DNA from: an archaeon
GTDB lineage: Archaea; EX4484-52; WAPT01
Reading direction: 5' to 3'
Assembly: GCA_029258795.1 (NCBI GenBank)
Contig: JAPDKB010000007.1
Location: forward strand, 64,001 to 128,000
DNA length: 64,000 nucleotides
The position numbers and the translations under genes were made by a program. Below are positions 9,765 through 19,087 of this stretch, piece by piece; position 1 is the stretch's first letter; every line of letters begins with the position of its first letter. Below the pieces are notes generated by a model. The model saw only the letters and a program-made list of their open reading frames with translations, was not told the origin of the DNA and did not search any database.

Positions 9765-9998
9765 ATGCTCAGAGCTTTTCTTAAACTGGAAGAAGAAAAT
9801 GAGGAAGAGGCAAAAAGGGTCTATCTTGCAGCTTTTTATGGAGATGTTGTGGAGGATTCCCGTGTTAAGGTCAAACATCTGCAGAAGGGAAAAGAGATAA
9901 TATTCGAAATTGAGGCTAAGGATCCTGTTGCGATGAGGGCTGTGCTTAACAGCATTTTGAGAAACTATAAATTGATTTGCTCCTTAAAAGATGTTTAA
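9765..9998 (+). CDS. pcc1: KEOPS complex subunit Pcc1
   Basis: 77 aa with IEAKDPVAMRAVLNSILR; superoperon context. Confidence 0.85.
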   Translation: MLRAFLKLEEENEEEAKRVYLAAFYGDVVEDSRVKVKHLQKGKEIIFEIEAKDPVAMRAVLNSILRNYKLICSLKDV

Positions 9999-10019
9999 CG
10001 GGAGTGGAGGTGAGTTAAA

Positions 10020-10358
10020 ATGGTTGAGAATAGAGAGATGATCGCACAGTTCAACCAGCTTCAGCAGCAACTTCAGCTGATACTGGTGCAGAAGGAGACA
10101 ACATCTGCTCAAATTCAGGAGCTTAAGAATGCTCTTAAAGAAGTGGAGAAAGCAAAGGGAACTGTGTATAAGGCAAGCGGTATGATAATGATAGAAATGA
10201 CGGCTGAGGATGCAAAGAAGGATATAGAGATGGAACTGGAAACACTTGAGTTGAGGATGAAATCGCTTGAAAAGCAGGAGAAAGTTGTGAGAGATAAGCT
10301 CATGGAGTTGCGCGATAAGATTTACAGCTCACAGGCCGGTGGTGGAGCGGCTGGATGA
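10020..10358 (+). CDS. pfdB: Prefoldin beta subunit
   Basis: QFNQLQQQLQ coiled coil, VYKASGMIMI hairpin; context. Confidence 0.92.
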   Translation: MVENREMIAQFNQLQQQLQLILVQKETTSAQIQELKNALKEVEKAKGTVYKASGMIMIEMTAEDAKKDIEMELETLELRMKSLEKQEKVVRDKLMELRDKIYSSQAGGGAAG

Positions 10359-10421
10359 AAATAGAGATGATGGATATGTGCAGCCGTTTGATTTAAAATT
10401 CTCCTTCTTTAATTTTTATCC

Positions 10422-11657
10422 ATGCTTTCCGTGCTCAAAAAATTGTTTGGGGATGAAATAACTCTATCTGTTTTTGAATTCATGCTCAAACATGCTGACG
10501 ATCTTATTAGTGTGGATGATATTTCCTCGAAATTCAACATCAAGAAGAATGATGCCAGAAAGGTGTTGGAGAAGCTGGTAAGCATCGGTGTGGTGGAGAA
10601 GAGAGGAGAGGGCTACATTCTTTCCATGGAGCATGAAGTGGTGAGATGGTTGAAAAATGAGGAAGCGGTTCATCACTTCTCCCGTGAAAAAATTTCCAAG
10701 CTCACAGAAATGCTCAAAAAAGCGAGGAAATGCGATATTCTGCTGCACCACAACGCTGATCCAGATGCTGTGGGTAGCGGTGTAGCTCTAGCCATTGGGC
10801 TCAAACAGCTCGGTGTTGAATGCAGGGTTGTTGCGCCTCTCGGGTTGAGTGCTCAGTCAAAAAAGCTTCTTCAGGCTTATCCATACCCCATCGAGGAAGA
10901 TGCCAGCCAGCTTTCAGAAATGGTGATTGTGGTTGATACCGGCTCCTCGGCACAGCTGCCTGCACAAGCGCTGAACAACAAAAAGGTTGTGGTGATTGAT
11001 CACCACACCCCCGGAGATGTTGCCAAGAGTGCTCTTATATCCTTCGTGGATGAAAAATGCAGAGCTACTGCTGTGGTCATATACTACCTGCTGCTCGGCA
11101 TGAATGTGAAAATCACGCGCGAAATAGCCACTTACTTGATCGCGGGCATAGTTGCGGATACGGGTTTTCTCAGAATGTGCAGGAATGAGGAGGTGCATGT
11201 GTTGGACGCGCTCCTCAAAAAAGGTGTGGACCTCCAGCATATAATGAACGTTCTGCACGTGGAGAGGGACTATTCGGAAAGGATTGCCGTGCTAAAGGGT
11301 GTGCGGAGAGTCGAGCTTTATTCTGTGGGGGAAGTTATAGTTGCCATCACGGAGATAGGGAGCTACGAATCCATGGTTGCGCTGTCCTTGCTGAAGCTTG
11401 GCGCTGATGTTGGTGTTGCTGCGAACATTCAGAAAGATGAGATCAGAATTTCGTGCAGGGTGAGGAGCTCCGTTGCCCAACAGATAAATATGCTGGAAAT
11501 TTTCAGCCAGCTTGAAAATCTACTAAATGGAAAGAGTGGCGGGCACATCACAGCCGTTTCATTCAACGGAAAAGCTCCTGAGAACTGGGATAAGGCGAGA
11601 GAACAGATTGTGAAAGCGATATCAGAAAAGCTTGGCAAAAAAGTTAAAAAGATTTGA
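10422..11657 (+). CDS. DHH/DHHA1 phosphoesterase with an extra N-terminal winged-helix domain
   Basis: HHNADPDA, VVDT, IDHH, GIVADTG, GGH motifs; first ~80 aa look like a wHTH. Confidence 0.85.
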   Translation: MLSVLKKLFGDEITLSVFEFMLKHADDLISVDDISSKFNIKKNDARKVLEKLVSIGVVEKRGEGYILSMEHEVVRWLKNEEAVHHFSREKISKLTEMLKKARKCDILLHHNADPDAVGSGVALAIGLKQLGVECRVVAPLGLSAQSKKLLQAYPYPIEEDASQLSEMVIVVDTGSSAQLPAQALNNKKVVVIDHHTPGDVAKSALISFVDEKCRATAVVIYYLLLGMNVKITREIATYLIAGIVADTGFLRMCRNEEVHVLDALLKKGVDLQHIMNVLHVERDYSERIAVLKGVRRVELYSVGEVIVAITEIGSYESMVALSLLKLGADVGVAANIQKDEIRISCRVRSSVAQQINMLEIFSQLENLLNGKSGGHITAVSFNGKAPENWDKAREQIVKAISEKLGKKVKKI

Positions 11658-11722
11658 ACTGCAGGTATAAACAACTTCATTCTTGAAGTTAAAGCGCGGT
11701 TTCAAATCTCTGTTTTAGGGAG

Positions 11723-11989
11723 GTGATGCACATGGACGCATTACAGGACATAAAAGCCATTCTGAGAGAGCTCGCGGATGATAGAAAGATTCCGAAGAAC
11801 GTGAGGGCTGTTATCGAAGATGCTATAAAGGAGCTGAACAAGGAAGAGCTGCCTGCCAAAACCAGAGTTAATACTGTCATAACCATGCTGGAAGAGGTCA
11901 GCAATGATCCCAACTTGCAGCCCTTCTCAAGAACTGAAATATGGAATGTCGTATCAATGCTGGAGATGATTCAGAAGGATCTGGGATGA
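11723..11989 (+). CDS. UPF0147 family protein
   Basis: DRKIPKNVR...LEEVSNDPNLQPFSRTEIWNVVSMLE. Confidence 0.9.
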   Translation: MMHMDALQDIKAILRELADDRKIPKNVRAVIEDAIKELNKEELPAKTRVNTVITMLEEVSNDPNLQPFSRTEIWNVVSMLEMIQKDLG

Positions 11990-12015
11990 TCAAAAGCGCT
12001 CCCTGCTTCTTCATT

Positions 12016-15000
12016 TTATTCACTCTTTTTTGTTCGGAACACTGTAATCGCTGCTAAAGTCAGCACAGCCAGCATTTCTATGAAACCGATACCTGGCTGT
12101 TCGGTGGGTGCTTCGCCCGCTTTTGGTGAGACCACAGTATATCCTATTTTCTTGGGCTCGCTCGCTTCATTAAAGACGTTGCTTTTTGCAGTTACGTTGA
12201 AATAATAGCTACCCTCTTCAAGAGGCTTTATGTTCACAAACACAATTCTTCGTGAGTTAGCGTTGATTAAGAAAGTCACACAGTTTCCTGAGGGGCTCAT
12301 TCCTCCATATTCCATCACTTCCACTCTTGCCCCTCTTCCAAACGGATTGTTAACACACACTGTAATGTTATCGGGTACAGGGTTCAAATTGTAGATGATG
12401 AGAGGCACCCTATATGATTCCATGTTTAATGGAATTATTAATCCTGCTGAGATTGTTGGTGCGCCCCCAATACTGGGTGCTCCTTTAACCTCGCTCAAGG
12501 CGGCGCAACTTCTATCCATCAACCTACATACGTGAGAGAAACATTCATCGTTAGAACTGCAAGCACATCCTGAAGCCTTCTTAACCTCAAACGTTCCTTT
12601 AATTTCCCATCTATTTCCTGAACCATCTTTGAGTTTGAGAGTATAACCGTAAGTTCCGTAGTCCTCACATTTAGTAGGAGTTCTGAAAGTGCATTTCTTT
12701 GAGAGTTCGGGTGTGGGGCTGGAAGCTGAGGCGAAGCATGTTGATGTTGTCATGTTGGTGGTCAGCTCCATATATGTACAGCCCGAATCATCATCCTCAC
12801 ACGTTATGGTGAAGTTGATATAGGAGGCGGTAGATGCTATCTCTGGCTCCACCAGCACGCTGCCTGCTGGCTTTTTCTTATCTATGAAAACCTTCACACT
12901 CTTCCAGTCCTCTTTATTGCCAGCATTATCCACACTACGATAGAACAATTCATCAATGCAAACCTCACCATCAGGACATGTGACCTGTATTGTGGCTGAA
13001 CCGCCATCAACACTTTTCACATTGGATTGCCCTTGTGTGGCATAATAATATTCTATCCGATTACATCCTGATCCTGCAAAATCATTGCAGGTGAGTTTGA
13101 ACTCTACATCCTGATTTGTCCAGGTTCCGGGAGTGTAGGAAGATACACGCTGAGTGATGGGTTTTTGTATGTCTTGTTTGAAGGGATTGCTTTCATGGGT
13201 GGTTTCTTTATTTCCCCATTTATCGATGCTGAAATAGCAAATCTTGTTTTGACACACATAGTTGGAACTAGAAGAGCATTTTAAAGTTAAGGTGATAGAT
13301 TGGAGTTGAGAGGATGAATAATCATTGATATTTGTCGGGCACTGCTCCCCAACTTTAACCACCTTATAATATGTTTTATAACAACCCGACCCGGAAAAAT
13401 CTGTGCACTTCAAGGTAACGCTTACATCCTCATTTGTCCAGTCCACACCATTCGGATTAATGGTGGTGGATGGAGGTTGATTATCTATGAATATTTTCTC
13501 GCACTTCTGTGTCCCTTTGTTGCCTGCTTTATCTACAGAATAATAGCATACCGTCCATGTCACCACCTCGCCCTCTGGCGAGGTTAGAGTGAAAGCTCCA
13601 GTGTACTTGGTGGTGGGGTTGCAGGTGGTGGAGGAAGTGGTCTTGCAGTAGTAGGTTGCTGCGCATCCGCTTGCTGCAGGACTATGGTCGTCACAAATTA
13701 ATTTGACTTCAAAGGTGCTAGAGCTCTTCTTAGTTTTACTCAAGTAAGTTGTTGGAGGTGTGTAATCACATCTTATATATCCGTTGGAAGGATTATACCA
13801 CCACCCTCCCACATTACCATTGACATCCTTGCATCTGAGAGCAAATCTAACCGCGTCGTATTGTTGTGCTTTAAATATGTAGGTTGTTCCGGTGCTCCAT
13901 GAAAGATAGTGCCAACTACCACCATAATATATGGCCAGCTGGTAGGGATATGATGCCAGTCCGACATTATCGGTGCATTTCCAGTTGAGACTGTAGGTGC
14001 AGGATTTTGTCCAGCCTGCCACCACATTTTGCATGTATTTTTCCTCCGCACCTATGGAGACCTTCGGTTCTGGGCTTATATATTTTCGAATTCTTATATC
14101 ATCCACCCACAACCATTGAGAATGGTCTCCCATATCACACCAATCACAGCTATAATCCATAACGATCAATCTTATTCTCACGCTCTGACCCTTGTACCGA
14201 GATATATCCTGACTGAAAAATGTCCAGCCAGTAGGTATCTTTGGTGGTGTGTAGAGTGTGCCAGTTTCAGGGTCTTTTCTGTTGGTACATGCACGGAGAG
14301 CACTCCACCCTCTATGACTGCACGCAAGCCAGTAAACGTTATTGTGAGTACCTCCGCCCAGTTCTATGCACGGCTTTGGTCCATAACCATAACCATCCTT
14401 TTCTATGGCGACACCTTTCAGCCAGCTCCAGTAATCTCCACTCACTTTAGCTTTGAATTCTATCTTGAGTTTGGCAGGTGTTGATGGTAATGTAACAGAT
14501 CTTACCAAGCCCGCATCTCCACAGAAACCACTCCACCCAGTGTAAAGATATGCACCGTAAGGAGGTGATGTGTATGCTGATGCCTTAGTTGTGATTGTAG
14601 ACATGGTATCGGTAGTTGTACATACATCGCGAGTATCTGCATCCCCCTTGTTACAATCGGTAACCCTGTTGATGAAGGATGTGAACCCGCTCGAGCTAAA
14701 ATCATCGAAGAAATCAAATACTGCTGCGCCATTACTTTCGCTTGTTGCTGATGGATTACCGTAGTACATGTAGATCAGTGTTTTCTTGTTTGTTCCTGCC
14801 GGGAGCTTCGGCAGTTTGACCCATATTATGGCTTGTGTTGATGTGCATTTTTCTATATAGTAGCTTAACTTCTGTCCACCTTGGTATGTAACGAATCTTA
14901 TATCCGAGCAATCAGACTTCATCTTTCCACTTGAGATTAATGTGGAGGGGTCAAAAACTATTTTTACAGGATAATTTGTGATTTCTTTTGTAGTGGATGA

Positions 15001-18000
15001 AGTTATTGTGATCAGTTTTCTGTATTTCCAGTTAGCGTTCCACCATCCACTACCTGTTGGCACTCCTGCATCAAAATAGACCAAAGTTGGAGGTTGTGTG
15101 TCTGCATATGTTTCAACTATCACCTCACAATTTAAACCCGCACCATCCGGACAGCAACAGCAACCACCACAACTGTTTCGGCTTGAAGTACCGAAGTGAA
15201 GTTTCCAGTAGTCGTGATACTTTGCCGTATAATATCCTCCTCTCACACTACATTTTGGTATGCTAACTACTCTCCATTTCTTCGTGTTGACATATAGCTC
15301 ACCTTCAACTGCAGCACATCTGGCGCATCCGTAACAACAATCAGCATGCTCTGTTGTACCAATGAGCCTGATCTTCCATCGTGTGCCACTTTCCTTTATC
15401 TTGTTCGCATACCATCCTCTGTAACGAGTACAACAATCTCTACCCGGACGATAGTAGCACCAGTACTCACAGCACCCTCTACACGACGGGTCACTCGGAT
15501 TCAAGCGGAAATTGAATGTTTCCGTATAGGTGAACTGACTGTTAAGGGTGGTGCAGTATGTGCTGCCCACACTTCCGTGGGAAGAGGTGAATGGATGTAT
15601 TGGTCCATATCTAGCGGTTGTCCATTTTACACCCACTTCGGAACATGGAGCAGCGTGAGCGGTTGTTGAGTTGAGCGTTACAAATATCGTGGTGAATGCA
15701 AATAGAAGCACCGTTATTTTCAGAATAAAGGGTGGCGGTACATTGTAGGGTTGTGGGGGCAGCACACTTCCACCACTTTCATTCTCACCTTCACTTTTGC
15801 GTTGGGATATGTATTTTATGAGTAGGTAAATTACTACAACGATCAAGAGGATCAATATCAACACCATCCACCATTTCCTTTCTTTGGTCTTTGATTCCTT
15901 TTTTGCCTCTGCCTGCTCTGCAGAAGAAGGTAAGGTTGCTCCTGTCTGCTTTAATGATAAAGTTTCGGTAACTGAAGCCGATTTTAGGGATTCACCACCC
16001 GGATAAATGATATCAACTCTGGCCTCACCGTATTTGTTTGTGTAGGATGGTGCTCTAAATGTCGCTTTAAACTCGCCGTTCTCATCTGTTGTCACATCCA
16101 TAACATGTTGATTTGTCACTCCATCATAAATTTCCAGTTTCAGATTAGGTACTGGAGTTCCTTCGGTGTCTTGAACTTCTCCTTCCAAAGAAATGTAAGT
16201 TCTATTAAGCTCGTCATGCCATATTTTCTTTTCAGTAATTGTAATTGTGATTAGCTTAGTGGCGTTATTACAAAGTTCGGTAGCTTCCGTTTCTAGCTCT
16301 TTTTCCTTAAATCTGGTATAGAATATAACGCTCTTGTGAATAACTTCTCCATCTTTATACCTGCAGTAAACATCCAACTTATTTTCGCCTTCCTTTGGGT
16401 ATATCCATAAGTCGGTGTCATTCGCTAATGTTGAGTTCAGGCCATTGTTGAGAGAGTAAAGGCAGGTTTGTACGCTCCCTGTGTATGCCGCCCTAAATTT
16501 CACCTCCGATGATGTGTAAATGGCAGCATCTTCAGGATACAATATAGTAAGTTCTCTTTTTTCCTCCCATCCACACTTCACTGAATTATTCTCGATTGTT
16601 TTGTACACACATTTGTTAAGAGAGACATTATAATACCCGTCAGAATAGTAAGTTGTGCCTACGCATTTGTCCGGGCATTCGGTAACCGTTGTTTCCTTAG
16701 AAGGTTGAGTGGTTTCCGTGGGGGCGCCTATTTCAACCGTTTCATCTTCTTCCACCCCTGCACATAGAGGTGAAGAGTACACAACCGTTAAATACTCACA
16801 CTCTCCCGTAGTTGAAATGCATATACCATTGGAATAGTAAGTTGTGCCTACGCATTTGTCCGGGCATGTAACGTCCTGGCATGGATCCACCGTTTCATTA
16901 ACGCTTACCGGTGGCTGTGGTGGTGTTTCTGGCTCTGGAGTGCTTTCTTCACATATGTCGGCATTTTCAATGATGGTAAGATACATGCAATCTCCCGTCG
17001 AGGAATCGCATATACCATCGGAATAGTAAGTTGTGCCTACGCATTTGTCCGGGCATGTAACGTCCTGGCATGGATCCACCCATTCTGATTTACAATCATC
17101 AGGACACGTCTCTGAGTTCTCTCCACTTTCACATATGCCATCACCACACACGGGCTGATAAATCTCTAATTCTTCAATGGGTACTGTGGAATCTTGCATC
17201 GTATAAATATCATCATTACCCTCCCTATCTGACCTCCACACCACATAATAAATGTCATTACTTGAATCATAATAGAGGAAGGGATCTTCATCATTTGCTG
17301 TGGAATTTGTTATGTATTTGCTTGATGACCATCCGTTGGTAGATGAATAAAATGAATAATGGATATCACCTTGATGGGAATATATGGCCAGCAAATTGGT
17401 CGAGTTGCTTATCACCATACAGTTGGATACATTATGAGTCACTACCGATCCTCCTGTTTTAAGAGATTCAAGCCTGTCTCCAACCACTACATTGCAAACG
17501 TTATTTTCAATCCACGAGAGTATGTACTTTCCCCCATAATATGTTAAAACAATTCTACTGGTGTCAGAAGAAAATATTCTTACTTCTGTCTCGTTATTCC
17601 AGTCATCTCCATCCGAACTCCAGCTGCATTTCATCGTTCCAACTATACCCATACCCGTAACCTCCGCAAACTCAAGCCAGCACACCACAAAATGTGTTCC
17701 GTTAAAAATCGCTGTGGTACTTGAAATATCTGCATCATTTGATGGGATGTACAACACACTTGCATTTGTCCATCCTTCTTCGGGAGAATAAGTAGCATAA
17801 TGAATCGCTTTTTCATTAAGCATTGAAGTGATGTTTCTATTCACCCACACTACTAGAAACTTGCCATTACCGTAGGTTACAGAAGGAAATTGGTTCAAAG
17901 TCGTGTTAGAAGTGTTAGATATCGTAGCACCATCAAAAGAAAATGATTTTGAATAGTATGCAGCTACAATATCCCATGTTTCCGAATTCTGTTCAACCCA

Positions 18001-18186
18001 CACAACCATTGTCTCGTTATTGGGACTGATTGACATGGAAGGCATAACTTCATCCATTTCAGTCAGTGTAATTCTGGAAGGGGTCGCAGAAAAAGCTGCT
18101 TGATGTATGTATAGGAACGTTATAGTAATTATTAAAACCAAATAACAGATTCTTCGAATATTGAAAATACGCTGTATTGGGCACAT
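12016..18186 (-). CDS. Giant 2056-aa Cys-rich cell-surface protein: propeller-like blades, Cys repeats, internal TM plus second signal peptide, DUF2341-like domain, Ig-like repeats, C-terminal anchor
   Basis: N-terminal signal; VCGDGICESGENSETCPDDC; WWNANWKYRK...SDIRF...IWVK...YMYYGN...FDFFDDF (~14700-15045); repeated D..PP.T...C.D..SGC...SVD.AGN; terminal PGIGFIEMLAVLTLAAITVFRTKK. Confidence 0.8.
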   Translation of the reverse strand: MCPIQRIFNIRRICYLVLIITITFLYIHQAAFSATPSRITLTEMDEVMPSMSISPNNETMVVWVEQNSETWDIVAAYYSKSFSFDGATISNTSNTTLNQFPSVTYGNGKFLVVWVNRNITSMLNEKAIHYATYSPEEGWTNASVLYIPSNDADISSTTAIFNGTHFVVCWLEFAEVTGMGIVGTMKCSWSSDGDDWNNETEVRIFSSDTSRIVLTYYGGKYILSWIENNVCNVVVGDRLESLKTGGSVVTHNVSNCMVISNSTNLLAIYSHQGDIHYSFYSSTNGWSSSKYITNSTANDEDPFLYYDSSNDIYYVVWRSDREGNDDIYTMQDSTVPIEELEIYQPVCGDGICESGENSETCPDDCKSEWVDPCQDVTCPDKCVGTTYYSDGICDSSTGDCMYLTIIENADICEESTPEPETPPQPPVSVNETVDPCQDVTCPDKCVGTTYYSNGICISTTGECEYLTVVYSSPLCAGVEEDETVEIGAPTETTQPSKETTVTECPDKCVGTTYYSDGYYNVSLNKCVYKTIENNSVKCGWEEKRELTILYPEDAAIYTSSEVKFRAAYTGSVQTCLYSLNNGLNSTLANDTDLWIYPKEGENKLDVYCRYKDGEVIHKSVIFYTRFKEKELETEATELCNNATKLITITITEKKIWHDELNRTYISLEGEVQDTEGTPVPNLKLEIYDGVTNQHVMDVTTDENGEFKATFRAPSYTNKYGEARVDIIYPGGESLKSASVTETLSLKQTGATLPSSAEQAEAKKESKTKERKWWMVLILILLIVVVIYLLIKYISQRKSEGENESGGSVLPPQPYNVPPPFILKITVLLFAFTTIFVTLNSTTAHAAPCSEVGVKWTTARYGPIHPFTSSHGSVGSTYCTTLNSQFTYTETFNFRLNPSDPSCRGCCEYWCYYRPGRDCCTRYRGWYANKIKESGTRWKIRLIGTTEHADCCYGCARCAAVEGELYVNTKKWRVVSIPKCSVRGGYYTAKYHDYWKLHFGTSSRNSCGGCCCCPDGAGLNCEVIVETYADTQPPTLVYFDAGVPTGSGWWNANWKYRKLITITSSTTKEITNYPVKIVFDPSTLISSGKMKSDCSDIRFVTYQGGQKLSYYIEKCTSTQAIIWVKLPKLPAGTNKKTLIYMYYGNPSATSESNGAAVFDFFDDFSSSGFTSFINRVTDCNKGDADTRDVCTTTDTMSTITTKASAYTSPPYGAYLYTGWSGFCGDAGLVRSVTLPSTPAKLKIEFKAKVSGDYWSWLKGVAIEKDGYGYGPKPCIELGGGTHNNVYWLACSHRGWSALRACTNRKDPETGTLYTPPKIPTGWTFFSQDISRYKGQSVRIRLIVMDYSCDWCDMGDHSQWLWVDDIRIRKYISPEPKVSIGAEEKYMQNVVAGWTKSCTYSLNWKCTDNVGLASYPYQLAIYYGGSWHYLSWSTGTTYIFKAQQYDAVRFALRCKDVNGNVGGWWYNPSNGYIRCDYTPPTTYLSKTKKSSSTFEVKLICDDHSPAASGCAATYYCKTTSSTTCNPTTKYTGAFTLTSPEGEVVTWTVCYYSVDKAGNKGTQKCEKIFIDNQPPSTTINPNGVDWTNEDVSVTLKCTDFSGSGCYKTYYKVVKVGEQCPTNINDYSSSQLQSITLTLKCSSSSNYVCQNKICYFSIDKWGNKETTHESNPFKQDIQKPITQRVSSYTPGTWTNQDVEFKLTCNDFAGSGCNRIEYYYATQGQSNVKSVDGGSATIQVTCPDGEVCIDELFYRSVDNAGNKEDWKSVKVFIDKKKPAGSVLVEPEIASTASYINFTITCEDDDSGCTYMELTTNMTTSTCFASASSPTPELSKKCTFRTPTKCEDYGTYGYTLKLKDGSGNRWEIKGTFEVKKASGCACSSNDECFSHVCRLMDRSCAALSEVKGAPSIGGAPTISAGLIIPLNMESYRVPLIIYNLNPVPDNITVCVNNPFGRGARVEVMEYGGMSPSGNCVTFLINANSRRIVFVNIKPLEEGSYYFNVTAKSNVFNEASEPKKIGYTVVSPKAGEAPTEQPGIGFIEMLAVLTLAAITVFRTKKSE
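16643..17080. repeat. Intragenic direct repeats encoding CPDKCVGTTYYS
   Basis: Identical 61-bp copies at 16831-16891 and 17020-17080; identical 36-bp partial copy at 16643-16678. Confidence 0.9.
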
Positions 18187-18224
18187 GTACGATTTAACTG
18201 CAAGTTGAATTATATAAAAATTTT

Positions 18225-18497
18225 GTGGGTGGAAGGATTATCATGGAAATGGATACGTTGTTTTCAATCGGACTATTTTTTATATTACTTGGAATTCTAA
18301 TCATTATTTTCAGCATTGTTCTGGGGGTTTCTAAAGGAGAAGAAAATGTGAAGGCAGAGGGCGCTTTCATCGGTTTTATTGGCCCCATACCTATAGTCAT
18401 AGGCACGAGCAAACAGGCAATCATTACGGCCCTGCTCTTTTTCGGGGTTATGGTGGTGCTGTGGGTGTTGCTGCTGAGAAATCACGGTGTGTGGTGA
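18225..18497 (+). CDS. DUF131/TIGR00304-type small membrane protein
   Basis: Two hydrophobic helices around FIGPIPIVIGTSK. Confidence 0.85.
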   Translation: MGGRIIMEMDTLFSIGLFFILLGILIIIFSIVLGVSKGEENVKAEGAFIGFIGPIPIVIGTSKQAIITALLFFGVMVVLWVLLLRNHGVW

Positions 18498-18888
18498 GTG
18501 TGTGCGCAAAAAATTCGTGGTGGTGAGGAACACGACCAAAAAGCTTGAGCTAAAGGGCGTGGAGGTGGCAAGCAACATTTTCCAGCTCACCAGGGGGTTG
18601 ATGTTTCGGAATGAGGGAAGCATGCTTCTCGATTTTGGTGTTGAATGCAAACCCGGAATCTGGATGCTGTTCATGCGTTATCCGCTGATGCTTGCATTTG
18701 TTAGCGCTGATGGGGAGGTAAAGGGAGTTGTGAAGCATGCCCCACCCATCACCTTTGATCCGAGAACGTGGAAAGTATTTTATCCTCCCACAAAAATAAG
18801 ATACGTGCTGGAAGTTGATGTTCGTGCGGTTGAGCGTGGTGAATTTAATGCTGATGTGGGGGATGTGCTGGAATTTCTGCCTTCCTGA
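18487..18888 (+). CDS. DUF192 family protein
   Basis: RGLMFR...MLLDF...IWMLFMRYPL..AFV...YVLEV. Confidence 0.85.
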   Translation: MCGECVRKKFVVVRNTTKKLELKGVEVASNIFQLTRGLMFRNEGSMLLDFGVECKPGIWMLFMRYPLMLAFVSADGEVKGVVKHAPPITFDPRTWKVFYPPTKIRYVLEVDVRAVERGEFNADVGDVLEFLPS

Positions 18889-18944
18889 AAGCGCGGAGAA
18901 CCATTTTTAAAAGTTGTGCTCCATCTTTATTCCTCGTGCGACTT

Positions 18945-19067
18945 GGGGCCGTGGGGTAGCTTGGCCAGCCTTCCGGCTTCGGGTGCCGGCGACCCCGGTT
19001 CAAATGCCGCGGAGCAAGCTCCTTGTTTCCAGTTACTTCGCGGCTGAGAATCCGGGCGGCCCCACCA
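18945..19067 (+). tRNA. tRNA-Pro(CGG) with a 46-nt T-loop intron (19005-19050); CCA encoded
   Basis: GGGGCCGTGGGGTAGCTTGGCCAGCCTTCCGGC-TTCGGGT-GCCGGCGACCCCGGTTCAAA^intron^TCCGGGCGGCCCCACCA; BHB helix TTCA/TGAG and intron stem GCCGCGGAG/CTTCGCGGC; spliced product 77 nt. Confidence 0.92.
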
Positions 19068-19087
19068 CAAAAGATTTGGAGGTGTGC

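Noticed and set aside
16643-17080. Possible CRISPR array from 36-bp repeats
   Set aside because: The repeats are in-frame coding modules about 189 bp apart, and no cas genes are present.
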